A stretch of 34,471 nucleotides of DNA from positions 1 through 34,471 of the forward strand of contig JACQOV010000098.1 of assembly GCA_016202395.1 (NCBI GenBank), read 5' to 3'. Both the position numbers and the translations under genes were made by a program. This document shows positions 9,272 through 18,538 of the stretch, piece after piece. Each line of letters begins with the position of its first letter. Position 1 is the first letter of the stretch. Origin of the DNA: Deltaproteobacteria bacterium (lineage in GTDB: Bacteria; JACQOV01). Under the pieces are notes generated by a model. That model was not told the DNA's origin. It saw only the letters and a list, made by a program, of their open reading frames with translations, and made no database searches.

Positions 9272-10366
9272 TTAGTTGGAGCGATTGCGGTTGAGGACGC
9301 GCGAGATTAAATCCCACTGCCTTCGATCCTCGGGAGTAACAAAAGAGATCGCGTTTCCACAAGCGCCAGCTCGGCCGGTTCGACCGATGCGATGAATGTA
9401 GTCATCGGCCGATTGAGGGAGATCATAGTTAATCACATGGGCGATATCGGCCACGTCGATGCCGCGAGCCGCGATGTCCGTTGCCACTAAAACGCGCGCT
9501 TTTCCACTTCTAAATCCAGAGAGGGCAGAATTTCTTTGCCCCTGCGTTCGACCCCCATGGATCCAATTAACCCCAATTCCAGAAGAGGAGAGATACCGAG
9601 CCAACTGATCGGTTCGGGCTTTCGTTCGAGCGAAAACAAGAATAGCCCCTTGCCGTTGATTCAACTCTTTTAGAAGAGCCTCTCTCTTCTGTGGACTGGT
9701 TGTTCTGATCGTGGTCTGTTGAATTGCAGAGATCGGCTGGGAAAAATTCCCAACGGTCACTCGAACCGGTTCTCGGAGATATCTCTTAGACAATTGCTCC
9801 ACCTCCCGAGGCCAAGTGGCTGAGAAAAAGAGGGTTTGCCTCTCACTCGGCACAAACCGAAGGATCTGAGCAATCTGAGGCGCAAATCCCATATCGAGCA
9901 TCCGATCGGCTTCATCTAAAACTAAAATCTCGGTTTTAGAAAGATTCACGGTTTTTCGATGAAGGTGATCGGTTAGACGCCCGGGGGTAGCAATCAAAAG
10001 ACGGGGGTGTCTCGATAACCTCTGCAGTTGAGCATAAATGGGGACCCCTCCTGTCAAACAGACCGAATGAACCCCCGGTGTGAACCGCGTGAGTTGACGC
10101 CAAAAGACCTCAATCTGCTGAGCCAACTCTCGAGTCGGCGCAAGAATGAGCGCAATTTTTCCGGGAGACTCCATCAAACGGAGCAAAATGGGGAGGCAAA
10201 AGGCAGCCGTTATTCCCGTCCCTGTTTGCGCACACCCAATCAAATCCTTTCGGGAAAGAGCGATTGGGATCGCTTTGGCCTGAATGGGGGTCGGCTTCTG
10301 AAATTCCAGATCCCGTAGCGCCCTTTTAACGGGATCTGGAAATGATAACAACTCAAAATTATCCAT
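9272..10366 (-). CDS. DEAD-box RNA helicase (RhlE-like core) with a variant Walker A
   Basis: Q motif PTPIQ, PTRELA, TPGRL, LDEADRMLDMGF, SAT, ARGID, HRIGRTGRAG. Motif I reads GTGIT instead of GTGKT. Confidence 0.93.
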   Translation of the reverse strand: MDNFELLSFPDPVKRALRDLEFQKPTPIQAKAIPIALSRKDLIGCAQTGTGITAAFCLPILLRLMESPGKIALILAPTRELAQQIEVFWRQLTRFTPGVHSVCLTGGVPIYAQLQRLSRHPRLLIATPGRLTDHLHRKTVNLSKTEILVLDEADRMLDMGFAPQIAQILRFVPSERQTLFFSATWPREVEQLSKRYLREPVRVTVGNFSQPISAIQQTTIRTTSPQKREALLKELNQRQGAILVFARTKARTDQLARYLSSSGIGVNWIHGGRTQGQRNSALSGFRSGKARVLVATDIAARGIDVADIAHVINYDLPQSADDYIHRIGRTGRAGACGNAISFVTPEDRRQWDLISRVLNRNRSN

Positions 10367-10419
10367 TGGATTTCACTTTTAAAGGAATGGTGATAAGGAG
10401 AGCTATTTCAGCTGACCAA

Positions 10420-10749
10420 TTACCAACGTTTCCGTTGTCCACCGCCCCTGCCATAACCACCGCCGCCGCCGCCGCCACCACCACCACGATTATCACGAGG
10501 GGTCATGGGACGCGCTTCGTTCACTGTGAGCGCACGGCCTTCATATTCGAAGCCGTTGTATTTCGAAATCCCTTTCTGAGCCTCGTCATCGGTAGACATC
10601 TCGACAAACCCAAACCCTTTGCTACGGCCACTATCTCGATCAAAAATGACCTTGGCAGACTCCACCGTTCCGCATTCCGCGAAGAGCCCGGACAGGGTTT
10701 GATCGGTGACTGAAAACGCTAGGTTTCCTACGAAAAGCTTCTTAGCCAT
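10420..10749 (-). CDS. RRM RNA-binding protein with glycine-rich tail (Rbp type)
   Basis: RNP2 LFVGNL, RNP1 KGFGFVEM, poly-Gly C-terminus. SD AAGGAGG. Confidence 0.95.
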   Translation of the reverse strand: MAKKLFVGNLAFSVTDQTLSGLFAECGTVESAKVIFDRDSGRSKGFGFVEMSTDDEAQKGISKYNGFEYEGRALTVNEARPMTPRDNRGGGGGGGGGGYGRGGGQRKRW

Positions 10750-10832
10750 ATTTCCTCCTTAATGTTGTTGTTCAAGCCACTAAAGAGGACTCTGAGCAAT
10801 AAATACTCCGAACTCTCTAAGGCAAGGAGCGT

Positions 10833-10861
10833 AGAATGGCATAATCCTCAACTTTAGTCAA
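10833..10861 (-). promoter_or_regulatory. Putative sigma70 promoter for the RRM/DEAD-box operon
   Basis: Minus strand TTGACT-N17-CATTCT with extended -10 TG. Confidence 0.55.
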
Positions 10862-10870
10862 GACCCCCAC

Positions 10871-10900
10871 TGTCAACTTTATAAATTCTTATGGTTGACA
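10871..10900. promoter_or_regulatory. BirA-type biotin operator overlapping the -35 of the bioF promoter
   Basis: TGTCAAC-N16-GTTGACA directly upstream of bioF, matching the known BirA pattern TGT(a/t/c)AAC-N14-16-GTT(t/a/g)ACA. The right arm contains TTGACA (10895-10900). Confidence 0.85.
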
Positions 10901-10933
10901 ATAAAGAGCGGCTTTTGGTACAAGCTCTATCTC

Positions 10934-12100
10934 ATGGAATGGGTTGCGAAAGCGCTCCAAGAGATTGAAAAGAAAGGGCTTAAGCGATCGTTGCGAGAGA
11001 TTGAAGGGGTTCAGGATCGGGTTGTTATGCTGAAAGGAGTTCCTGCTCTTGTCTTCTGCTCCAATAATTATTTGGGGCTCGCCAACCATCCAAAATTAAT
11101 TGAAGCGGGGAAGAAAGCCTTAGAGAAATATGGCGTGGGGAGTGGCGCCTCGCGGTTGATTAGCGGCAACATGAAGCTCCATGAGGAGCTGGAGTCCAGC
11201 ATCGCTCAATTCAAAAGGACTGAAGCGGCGCTTCTCTTTAATTCGGGTTACCATGCCAACATCGGTCTTCTCACCACTTTGACGGGGCCCTCCGATCAAA
11301 TCTTTTCCGATGAACTCAATCATGCCTCCCTCATCGACGGCTGTCGGCTTTCTCGAGCGCAAGTCTCTGTCTACAAGCATCAGGACGTAGATCATTTAAA
11401 GAATCTCCTCCAAAAAAACGACTCCACGGGACGAAAGTTCATCGTCACGGATGGAGTTTTCAGCATGGACGGAGACGTCGCTCCTCTTCCAGAACTGGTG
11501 GAGTTGGGACGTCGCTACGAAGCCACCGTTGTTGTCGATGATGCGCACGGAACGGGTGTGATGGGAGAAACCGGCAGAGGAACCGTGGAGCATTTTGGAA
11601 TCGATCCCGGTGAAGTCATTCAGATGGCAACGTTGGGAAAAGCCTTGGGGGTTTTTGGCGCGTTCATTGCCTGCACGAAATCCCTCAGAGAACTTCTCAT
11701 GAACACGGCCCGCAGTTTTATTTTTACGACGTCTCTGCCTCCTGTGGTCTGCGCCATGGCGATGGAGGCAATAAAGATCCTCTCCGAAGAATCACAACCT
11801 CTTCAAAATCTTCGCCAAAATATAAAAAAATTTTCAGAAGGGCTTTCGCGATTGGGATGGGTCACGCAAAATCGAGCCCCTATTTTCCCCTTGTTGATTG
11901 GAGATCCGAACCCGACGATGGCGCTTTGTGAAACCCTCCTAACACAAGGAATCTACGCCCAAGGGATTCGGCCCCCTACGGTTCCAGAAGGGACCAGCCG
12001 ACTTCGATTCACACTGATGGCAACGCATACAGAAGAGGATTTGGACGCTGCATTGAATGCATTGGCCTCAACACTGTCATGGCAACAACATCGACCTTAA
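10934..12100 (+). CDS. bioF: 8-amino-7-oxononanoate synthase
   Basis: [63 protein letters not shown]10934 preferred because TTG10895 lies inside the operator. Confidence 0.95.
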   Translation: MEWVAKALQEIEKKGLKRSLREIEGVQDRVVMLKGVPALVFCSNNYLGLANHPKLIEAGKKALEKYGVGSGASRLISGNMKLHEELESSIAQFKRTEAALLFNSGYHANIGLLTTLTGPSDQIFSDELNHASLIDGCRLSRAQVSVYKHQDVDHLKNLLQKNDSTGRKFIVTDGVFSMDGDVAPLPELVELGRRYEATVVVDDAHGTGVMGETGRGTVEHFGIDPGEVIQMATLGKALGVFGAFIACTKSLRELLMNTARSFIFTTSLPPVVCAMAMEAIKILSEESQPLQNLRQNIKKFSEGLSRLGWVTQNRAPIFPLLIGDPNPTMALCETLLTQGIYAQGIRPPTVPEGTSRLRFTLMATHTEEDLDAALNALASTLSWQQHRP

Positions 12101-13377
12101 AAAAACTGGATCACCGCTACCTCTGGCATCCTTTCACCCCGATGACCGAATGGTGCGCGGAAGATCCTTTAATCATTGAACGAGCCGAAGGAAACTATCT
12201 GATCGATACCGACGGGAAACGATATTTAGATGGGATCTCCTCTCTTTGGGTGAACGTCCACGGGCATCATCGCCCCGAGATCGACCAAGCCGTTCACGAT
12301 CAACTCGATAAAGTAGCTCACACCACCTTTTTGGGTCTGACCCATCCTCCAGCGATAGAGCTGGCAAAGCGGTTAATTGAAATTGCGCCTCAAGGGCTCG
12401 CACGCGTTTTCTTTTCAGACAATGGCTCCACCGCGGTCGAGGTGGCTCTCAAAATGGCCTTCCAATATTGGCAACAACGGGGCAAACCTCGCAAGCAAAA
12501 GTTTCTCTCTCTTCAAGAAGCCTATCATGGCGACACCGTCGGTTCCGTTAGCGTGGGTGGCATCGAGATTTTTCATCAAATCTTCCATCCCCTTCTCTTT
12601 TCAACGCTTAAAGCGGATATATCCTCGATTGAAAATCTCGTTCAGCAGATTAAAGATCACGCCGATGAGCTGGCCGCTGTGGTGGTGGAACCTCTTGTGC
12701 AAGGAGCCGCGGGGATGCTTGTAATGCCAAAAGGATTTTTGAAGGCAACTGAAAACGCTTGTCGCGAGAATAAGGTGCTGTTGATTGTCGACGAAGTGGC
12801 CACTGGTTTTGGAAGAACAGGGAAGATGTTTGCGTGTGAACAGGAACAGATCCAACCCGATTTGATGGCGATCGCAAAAGGGATTACGGGAGGCTATCTC
12901 CCTCTCGCAGCCACTCTGGCCACCGAAGAGATTTACTCCGCATTCTTGGGGCAGCCGGAAGAGTTCAAAACATTTTTCCATGGCCATAGCTACACGGCTA
13001 ATCCCCTCGCTTGCGCGGCAGCTCTCGCAAGTCTTGATGTTTTTAAGAAAGAAAAGGTTTTAGAAAAACTCCCTGCTAAAATGGCTTATCTCCAGAAATC
13101 CTTGGAGCATTTTTGGAATTTGGAGCACGTTGGAGACATTCGACAAAAGGGGATGATGGCGGGAATTGAACTGGTGCGAGATAAAAATACTCGGCAGCCC
13201 TACGAGTATAAGGAAAGGATCGGCCACCGTGTTTGCATGAAAGTCCGATCCAAAGGGGTGATTCTCCGTCCTTTAGGAAATGTTGTTGTTTTAATGCCTC
13301 CGCTGAGTATCACTTTAGAAGAGATAGATCTGCTACTGAATGCAACTTATGAAGCGATTGAAGAAATCACTTGCTGA
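12079..13377 (+). CDS. bioA: Adenosylmethionine-8-amino-7-oxononanoate aminotransferase
   Basis: [61 protein letters not shown]. Confidence 0.96.
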   Translation: MATTSTLKKLDHRYLWHPFTPMTEWCAEDPLIIERAEGNYLIDTDGKRYLDGISSLWVNVHGHHRPEIDQAVHDQLDKVAHTTFLGLTHPPAIELAKRLIEIAPQGLARVFFSDNGSTAVEVALKMAFQYWQQRGKPRKQKFLSLQEAYHGDTVGSVSVGGIEIFHQIFHPLLFSTLKADISSIENLVQQIKDHADELAAVVVEPLVQGAAGMLVMPKGFLKATENACRENKVLLIVDEVATGFGRTGKMFACEQEQIQPDLMAIAKGITGGYLPLAATLATEEIYSAFLGQPEEFKTFFHGHSYTANPLACAAALASLDVFKKEKVLEKLPAKMAYLQKSLEHFWNLEHVGDIRQKGMMAGIELVRDKNTRQPYEYKERIGHRVCMKVRSKGVILRPLGNVVVLMPPLSITLEEIDLLLNATYEAIEEITC

Positions 13378-14170
13378 GTGGGAGTGTTTGTCGCGGTTCG
13401 GAGCCTCCGGTCGCACCCTATCGGGGCGAGCCGGCGGGAAACCTTCCGGTATAACCGGCTTTCCTCGCCGGCTCGCCCTCGATGGGTACCCGCTCCCTCT
13501 CGGCACGAACCGCTTTCAAACACTCCCACTCGGCAACGGTATCTTCATCACGGGAACGGATACGGGGGTTGGGAAAACGTATATTGGGACGCAAGTTGCA
13601 AGGATGCTAAAAGCGAAAGGGATCGACGTGGGAGTAATGAAACCGATTGAAACGGGATGCGGAGTTCGCAATGGAAAGCTCTATCCTGCGGATGGATGGA
13701 AGCTCAAAAAGGCAGCTCAAGTGGACGACCCTATTGAACTCATTGTTCCGATTCGTCTCCGAAAACCACTGGCCCCTTTCGTTGCGGCCAAACTCGATAG
13801 GGGGAAAATAGATCTTCAAAAAATCGATCGAGCTTACGAGACGCTTCGAAAACGCCATGAATTTGTGATTGTAGAAGGAGCGGGTGGAGCTTTAGTCCCC
13901 ATCCAAGAAGATTTCTTTATGCTGGATCTCGCAAAGCGATTGAAACTCTCCGTCATTCTAGTGATTGGAAATCGGTTAGGAGCGATCAATCATGCGCTCC
14001 TGACGATAGAAGCAATCCAGAAACGGCATCTCCCCTTCACAGGATGGATTCTAAACGATTTGCAACCCCCGACTGAAGCTTCCAGGACTAATAAAAGCGC
14101 CCTTAAAAGGCTCCTTAGCGCTAAAAATAATAAGCGATCCCCACGGTCCAACGCAGTTGATCATAAATAA
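13340..14170 (+). CDS. bioD: Dethiobiotin synthase with an in-frame palindromic insertion near the N-terminus
   Basis: GIFITGTDTGVGKT, KPIETG, VEGAGG, RLGAINH. The only plausible starts (ATG13340, ATG13349, TTG13358, TTG13388) lie upstream of or inside the palindrome. Confidence 0.9.
   Translation: MQLMKRLKKSLAEWECLSRFGASGRTLSGRAGGKPSGITGFPRRLALDGYPLPLGTNRFQTLPLGNGIFITGTDTGVGKTYIGTQVARMLKAKGIDVGVMKPIETGCGVRNGKLYPADGWKLKKAAQVDDPIELIVPIRLRKPLAPFVAAKLDRGKIDLQKIDRAYETLRKRHEFVIVEGAGGALVPIQEDFFMLDLAKRLKLSVILVIGNRLGAINHALLTIEAIQKRHLPFTGWILNDLQPPTEASRTNKSALKRLLSAKNNKRSPRSNAVDHK
13371..13536. repeat. ~166-bp nested palindromic element (MITE/RPE-like)
   Basis: Outer 20-bp arms 13371-13390 / 13517-13536 (19/20 match). 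Inner arms GCGGTTCG / CGAACCGC, GGGCGAGCCGGCG / CGCCGGCTCGCCC, and a central CCGGT-ATA-ACCGG hairpin. Confidence 0.88.
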
Positions 14171-14684
14171 AAGGGAACCGGCTCACGTTAAAAAATGGGA
14201 TCGCATATTGAAGAAGGTCGACCCGAAGCTGCATGTTTTCCCGAATGCGATAATCGATTCCCAAGGCCTCGGCCCCAAAAAACCATCCCCACGTTCCGGA
14301 ATCGATCCCCACGGTATCGAAATTAAGACGACTTAAACCGATAGAAACACCAAAGCGCAAAAAGAAATCGTCGGTGACCAACAAACGATAAGCCACATCC
14401 CCCGCCATATTCACCGAACCCGCGCTCACGTCGAACGTTTCAAAGGCAACGTACGGATTCTCTTCGACAAATCCACCCAAGATCCAGTTGTTGTAAGCAT
14501 AATGTAACCCGAGACGGAATCCCAAGGCAGGCTCGTCGATGCCTCCCCCTCCATCAAAAGTGAGATGATAACCTCGCAAAGAACGGTCGGCCTCTTTCGG
14601 CCAAGCCTCCCCCGCAAAGACCTGGGAAGAGAGGTTTAATACCCACAAGATGAGAGTAATCAAAAAATAATTTATAAATCGCAT
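14121..14684 (-). CDS. Small outer-membrane beta-barrel protein
   Basis: Signal peptide ending VFA, alternating amphipathic strands, C-terminal beta-signal WTVGIAYYF. SD GAGG before ATG14684. Confidence 0.75.
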   Translation of the reverse strand: MRFINYFLITLILWVLNLSSQVFAGEAWPKEADRSLRGYHLTFDGGGGIDEPALGFRLGLHYAYNNWILGGFVEENPYVAFETFDVSAGSVNMAGDVAYRLLVTDDFFLRFGVSIGLSRLNFDTVGIDSGTWGWFFGAEALGIDYRIRENMQLRVDLLQYAIPFFNVSRFPFIYDQLRWTVGIAYYF

Positions 14685-14686
14685 AG

Positions 14687-15805
14687 TTATATCCTCTTTT
14701 TTTGTCTCCATAAAAACCAGGGAACAAGGGCCAGGAGAAGCACAAACACCCCTCCTAAAAATCGTGAATCCGTGGAGCGATCGCTATCCGAAACTTGGCA
14801 TCCCAAAACAGACTCGGCTCCTAACTTATCGTTACTGTCTCCACAATCGACATCGGCCTCCACATGACTCGCGTTGCTACAAAAGTTGTTGTCGGCGTTA
14901 CAACCCGGTTGCACCGTGAACCAATCGGTTAGAAAAGTTTCAAGTCGGGCCCGACGGGCGTCCAAAGAATCGGGATTGCTGGGATCCGCGTCGGAGAGGA
15001 GCGCTAGAAACTCCGTAGAAGCCTCAATGGCCGTGTCTACTGTCACGTCGCTGCTGGTGCGGTCGCACTCACAGTCGTCCAGCGTAAAGCTGTGCTCCGG
15101 GCCATCGCGAGATTCATCCACCTCTCCACGAACGTAATCAGGCCAATTCAGAACCGTTTCAATCACTTTAAGATTTGTTGCGGAATCGGTTGTAAATGTT
15201 CGGTAAACATGAGAAAAACTATCTTGAATCGCATGGATCGCTCTCCCCGCATTAAAATAAAGGACCGAGAGAGACACGTCCATCGTCCCACGATAGAGGA
15301 TGTATTCCGGAAAATCGCCACGAATCGTTGGGCCCAAACTGCCGGTAGCCGTTGCGGTCGTTAAAATATTTTCAAACATCTCGCGAATGAAATCTTTGCA
15401 ATCTTCAATAGCCTCCACATTTCCCTGCTCGCCATCTTGATCGCGCTGCCGCAAACAGTGCTCCCTTTGATGCGACTCCGTGTTGTGAACCTGCTGGAGT
15501 TCATCAATATCGATGCTAGAGTTCCCATGAAGATCGTTCCATCGAGCCCCAATCACTAGAGAGATCGTGAAAATGTCTTTGGAAAAAGGGCCGGCATCGA
15601 ACTGAAGATTATCGAAAAGGACCTCGTCGTAATGAGTGGGAGAAGGAGGAGTTTGAAGAAATCCTGTGCTACCCAATGCGGAGGCGGTCATCTTTTCATG
15701 GCAATTCGAGGAAAGAACCGTTTGTATGTAAAAGGCGTTGGCAAAGGGAACGGGAGTGGAAATCAGAACAAAAAAGAGGCCTATGCGCCATTTTGTGCGA
15801 ATCAT
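14687..15805 (-). CDS. Secreted, C-terminally anchored protein with Zn-dependent phospholipase C / HET-C-like metal motifs
   Basis: Signal peptide ending ANA-F, then CHEKMT, WNDLH, EHCLR, GRAIHAIQDSFSH. C-terminus has GC, a TM helix and RQKKR (MYXO-CTERM-like). Start moved to ATG15805. Confidence 0.7.
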   Translation of the reverse strand: MIRTKWRIGLFFVLISTPVPFANAFYIQTVLSSNCHEKMTASALGSTGFLQTPPSPTHYDEVLFDNLQFDAGPFSKDIFTISLVIGARWNDLHGNSSIDIDELQQVHNTESHQREHCLRQRDQDGEQGNVEAIEDCKDFIREMFENILTTATATGSLGPTIRGDFPEYILYRGTMDVSLSVLYFNAGRAIHAIQDSFSHVYRTFTTDSATNLKVIETVLNWPDYVRGEVDESRDGPEHSFTLDDCECDRTSSDVTVDTAIEASTEFLALLSDADPSNPDSLDARRARLETFLTDWFTVQPGCNADNNFCSNASHVEADVDCGDSNDKLGAESVLGCQVSDSDRSTDSRFLGGVFVLLLALVPWFLWRQKKRI

Positions 15806-15912
15806 GAGTTTATGCTCGAAACGGTAACAACGCCCATGCCAGGTGTCAAGGAACTTCCTATTTTTGAATCCAAGTTGTATGCTATTAAAAAGGATCAAAC
15901 CAGGAGGTTTCC

Positions 15913-16335
15913 ATGCCAATCATTCGAAGAATCTTTAAGAAAAGAGGGGTCGTTTCGGTTCCCCCTGATGCCACCGTGGAACAAGCCGCAAGGCAGATGA
16001 CACTCGAAAAAGTGGGGAGCGTCTTAGTGATGGAAAAAGGGACGCCGGTGGGCATCTTTACAGAGAGGGATCTCTTAAATCGAGTCGTCGCAAAGGGGAG
16101 CGACGCGAGAACAACCCCGATCCGAGAGGTGATGAGTAAAAGATTGGTTACGATCGATATCGATGCCTCCACTGAGGAGTGCTACAACAGGATGCAAGAG
16201 ACCAAATGTCGCCGCGTCCCGATCTCTGAAGATGGGAAGATCGTGGGGATGATTACGATGCGGGATATTCTAGAGCGGGTGATGGAGACGCTTCAAGACG
16301 AAAATCGGCATTTACAAGATTACATTCGCTCGTAA
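15913..16335 (+). CDS. CBS-pair domain protein
   Basis: VGSVLV, GIFTERDLL, RRVPI, GMITMRDI. SD CAGGAGG. Confidence 0.92.
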   Translation: MPIIRRIFKKRGVVSVPPDATVEQAARQMTLEKVGSVLVMEKGTPVGIFTERDLLNRVVAKGSDARTTPIREVMSKRLVTIDIDASTEECYNRMQETKCRRVPISEDGKIVGMITMRDILERVMETLQDENRHLQDYIRS

Positions 16336-16347
16336 TCGCAATTCAGC

Positions 16348-17277
16348 ATGAATTCCTTAAAATATCGATCTCAACACGAATGGCGAAGGAATGGAATCCT
16401 TCTGATGATTGCCGCCTCGCTCCTCTTCTCTTTCATGGGGGCCTTGGTCAAATACACCACCGCTCGCCTTCCAGTCGCCGAAGCGGCGTTCTTTCGCGCC
16501 TTTATCTCCTTGTTAATGATCACCCCCTGGATGCTATGGAAAAGGATCCCACTGATTGGAAAGAATCTGCAATTGCTGTTACTCCGAGGCGGGGCTGGTT
16601 TCATCGCTTTGTGCCTAAGCTTTTACGTAACCTCCAAGATCGAATTGAGCACTGCCTCGATTCTGAACCACTCCTCCACCCTGTTCGTTGCAATCTTCTC
16701 CGCCTTTTTTCTTAAAGAAAAGGTGTCCACTCCTTTGATCGTCTATATCGTCTGCGCTCTCATCGGCGCCGCTCTCATTGTCAAACCCTCCTTCGGCGTC
16801 ATCAACGTCCCGGGGCTGCTCGGCCTTGCCTCTGGATTTTTTGCGGCGATTGTGTACATCTCCATCAAGCAACTCCACAAAACAGATTCCTTCTTTACCA
16901 TCGTTTTCAGTTTTAGTTTGATCTCCAGTGTGGGCTCGATCGTTTTATTCTACAACGATTTTATTCCTCCGACTTCCATCGAGTGGGTCGCTCTCATTGG
17001 CTTGGGGTCGTTTGGAACCTTTGCGCAACTTCTGATGACCTATGCCTACAAATACACGGAGGCCTCGATTGTAAGCCCTTACTCTTTTTCAGGGGTCCTT
17101 TTCTCTAGCCTTCTGGGAGTCCTCTTCTGGCGAGAAATTCCCGATGGATGGTCGATACTCGGCGGCCTTTTAATTGTCGCCTGCGGGATCGGAATTATGA
17201 AACTCAAAAAGGAGAAGGGGGAAACGGCCATTGAATATCAAGAAGACCTCGCCGATCTCAGCGAAGACAAACCGTAA
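16348..17277 (+). CDS. DMT/EamA family transporter
   Basis: About 10 hydrophobic helices in two repeats. FLKEKV, AYKYTEASIVSPYSF, WREIPD. Confidence 0.92.
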   Translation: MNSLKYRSQHEWRRNGILLMIAASLLFSFMGALVKYTTARLPVAEAAFFRAFISLLMITPWMLWKRIPLIGKNLQLLLLRGGAGFIALCLSFYVTSKIELSTASILNHSSTLFVAIFSAFFLKEKVSTPLIVYIVCALIGAALIVKPSFGVINVPGLLGLASGFFAAIVYISIKQLHKTDSFFTIVFSFSLISSVGSIVLFYNDFIPPTSIEWVALIGLGSFGTFAQLLMTYAYKYTEASIVSPYSFSGVLFSSLLGVLFWREIPDGWSILGGLLIVACGIGIMKLKKEKGETAIEYQEDLADLSEDKP

Positions 17278-17287
17278 GAGATCAACG

Positions 17288-18538
17288 TCACCAAGGAATA
17301 AAGATGGGCCAGTACCAGAAGCCCCCATGATAACGATCGTTTTCAGGAACTCGAACACCGAGATCCACAGTAAACATCATCGGTTCCGTCCCCCAAAAAC
17401 CATATTGGAAGGAACTGTTAAGGTACAGAGATCGATAGAAAAAATATTTGGCTCCCACCACCAAGATGTCCGAGAACTCCGTCGATTGGAATGTGGCGCT
17501 TCCCCGCGTATCTCCTCTGGCTTCCAACTCGAAATTGAGAAGCTGTAAGGTAAAGCGATTCTCAACGTAAGGAACAAGATTGAATCGATCGATCAACCAG
17601 TGACGCCCTACTCCCAAATACATGTTTAAAAGGGTCAAATCGTTTGTGGTGAGCGAGGCGTTTGGAATGTCAGCATCGGTAAAATCGATAGAGTCGCCGG
17701 AAGCTCCGAGGCCATTGATCTGAAAACCGAATATCCCGTGATATTTTTCCCAGCTATAGAGCATATCAATCGCTACTCCATTCGATTCCACTCGATCGTC
17801 CAATAAACTCGTGGGAATCGTTACATCTTCCAACGAAACGGCATCCAGGCTAGTGATGCCTTCATCGTAAAACCCGAAGCGGATATCTGAGATGTCGTCC
17901 CAAGATCGAACATATCCTAACTGAATATCAAATCCTTTCCGCAGCGGGCTATACTCTTCACGCCATCTAGCCACACGGTCTTCATAGTAGGCAATGAGAA
18001 ACTTTTGCGCGGTCCAATAGGCCTCCGTTCCCTTGCGCACCTTCAAAAACTCTCGGATGGCTTTCGATTTCTCGTTGCCAAAATAATAGTTGTAGCCCAG
18101 CAATAATCGAAGGGCATCGTTATCGGTTTGCTGAGTGAGTTGGGCCAATTCGTCCATCCGTCTTTGATAGGCGCTCCAATCCCCCCAGCTTGACCGAATT
18201 TTGTAATCTTTAAGAGGCAAATCCGGATAAAGATTTAGGAGGATGATGATTTCGACAACAGCTCGGTCATAATCGCCTGTGGCAAAATAAATCTCTTGCA
18301 GACCCATATGAGGCGAAGGATGATTAGGAGTTAAAACCACTGCGTTTTGATAAACCTCTAAGGCTTTCTCAAATTCCCCCAGCCGAAACAACTCCTCTCC
18401 CTCTTCTAAAATCTCCCGCCATTGTTTCTCGGCTTCCTTCTTGTCTTGTTCTTGCGCATGAGAAATAGAAAACGAAAGAACGAGGCCAAACAAGAGGACG
18501 AATTTTGAAAACAAAGAATTGTTTCTCTTCAATAACAT
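17288..18538 (-). CDS. Exported TPR protein with a probable C-terminal outer-membrane beta-barrel
   Basis: Signal peptide ending SHA-Q, TPR helices (GEELFRLGEFEKALEVYQNA, LLGYNYYFG), strand-like aromatic C-terminal half ending FWYWPIFIPW. Confidence 0.7.
   Translation of the reverse strand: MLLKRNNSLFSKFVLLFGLVLSFSISHAQEQDKKEAEKQWREILEEGEELFRLGEFEKALEVYQNAVVLTPNHPSPHMGLQEIYFATGDYDRAVVEIIILLNLYPDLPLKDYKIRSSWGDWSAYQRRMDELAQLTQQTDNDALRLLLGYNYYFGNEKSKAIREFLKVRKGTEAYWTAQKFLIAYYEDRVARWREEYSPLRKGFDIQLGYVRSWDDISDIRFGFYDEGITSLDAVSLEDVTIPTSLLDDRVESNGVAIDMLYSWEKYHGIFGFQINGLGASGDSIDFTDADIPNASLTTNDLTLLNMYLGVGRHWLIDRFNLVPYVENRFTLQLLNFELEARGDTRGSATFQSTEFSDILVVGAKYFFYRSLYLNSSFQYGFWGTEPMMFTVDLGVRVPENDRYHGGFWYWPIFIPW

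Noticed and set aside
10456-10487. (CCG/CCA)n trinucleotide run
   Set aside because: Explained by the poly-Gly tail of the RRM protein.
13378-13650. Possible bioA-bioD fusion or read-through ORF
   Set aside because: This frame continues bioA after its stop but is not the bioD frame and has no recognisable motifs.
15827-15849. Sigma54-like TGGCAT-N5-TTGT and overlapping TTGACA on the minus strand, upstream of the PLC-like gene
   Set aside because: The -12 GC is missing and the sigma70 -10 (TACCGT) is poor, so neither can be supported.
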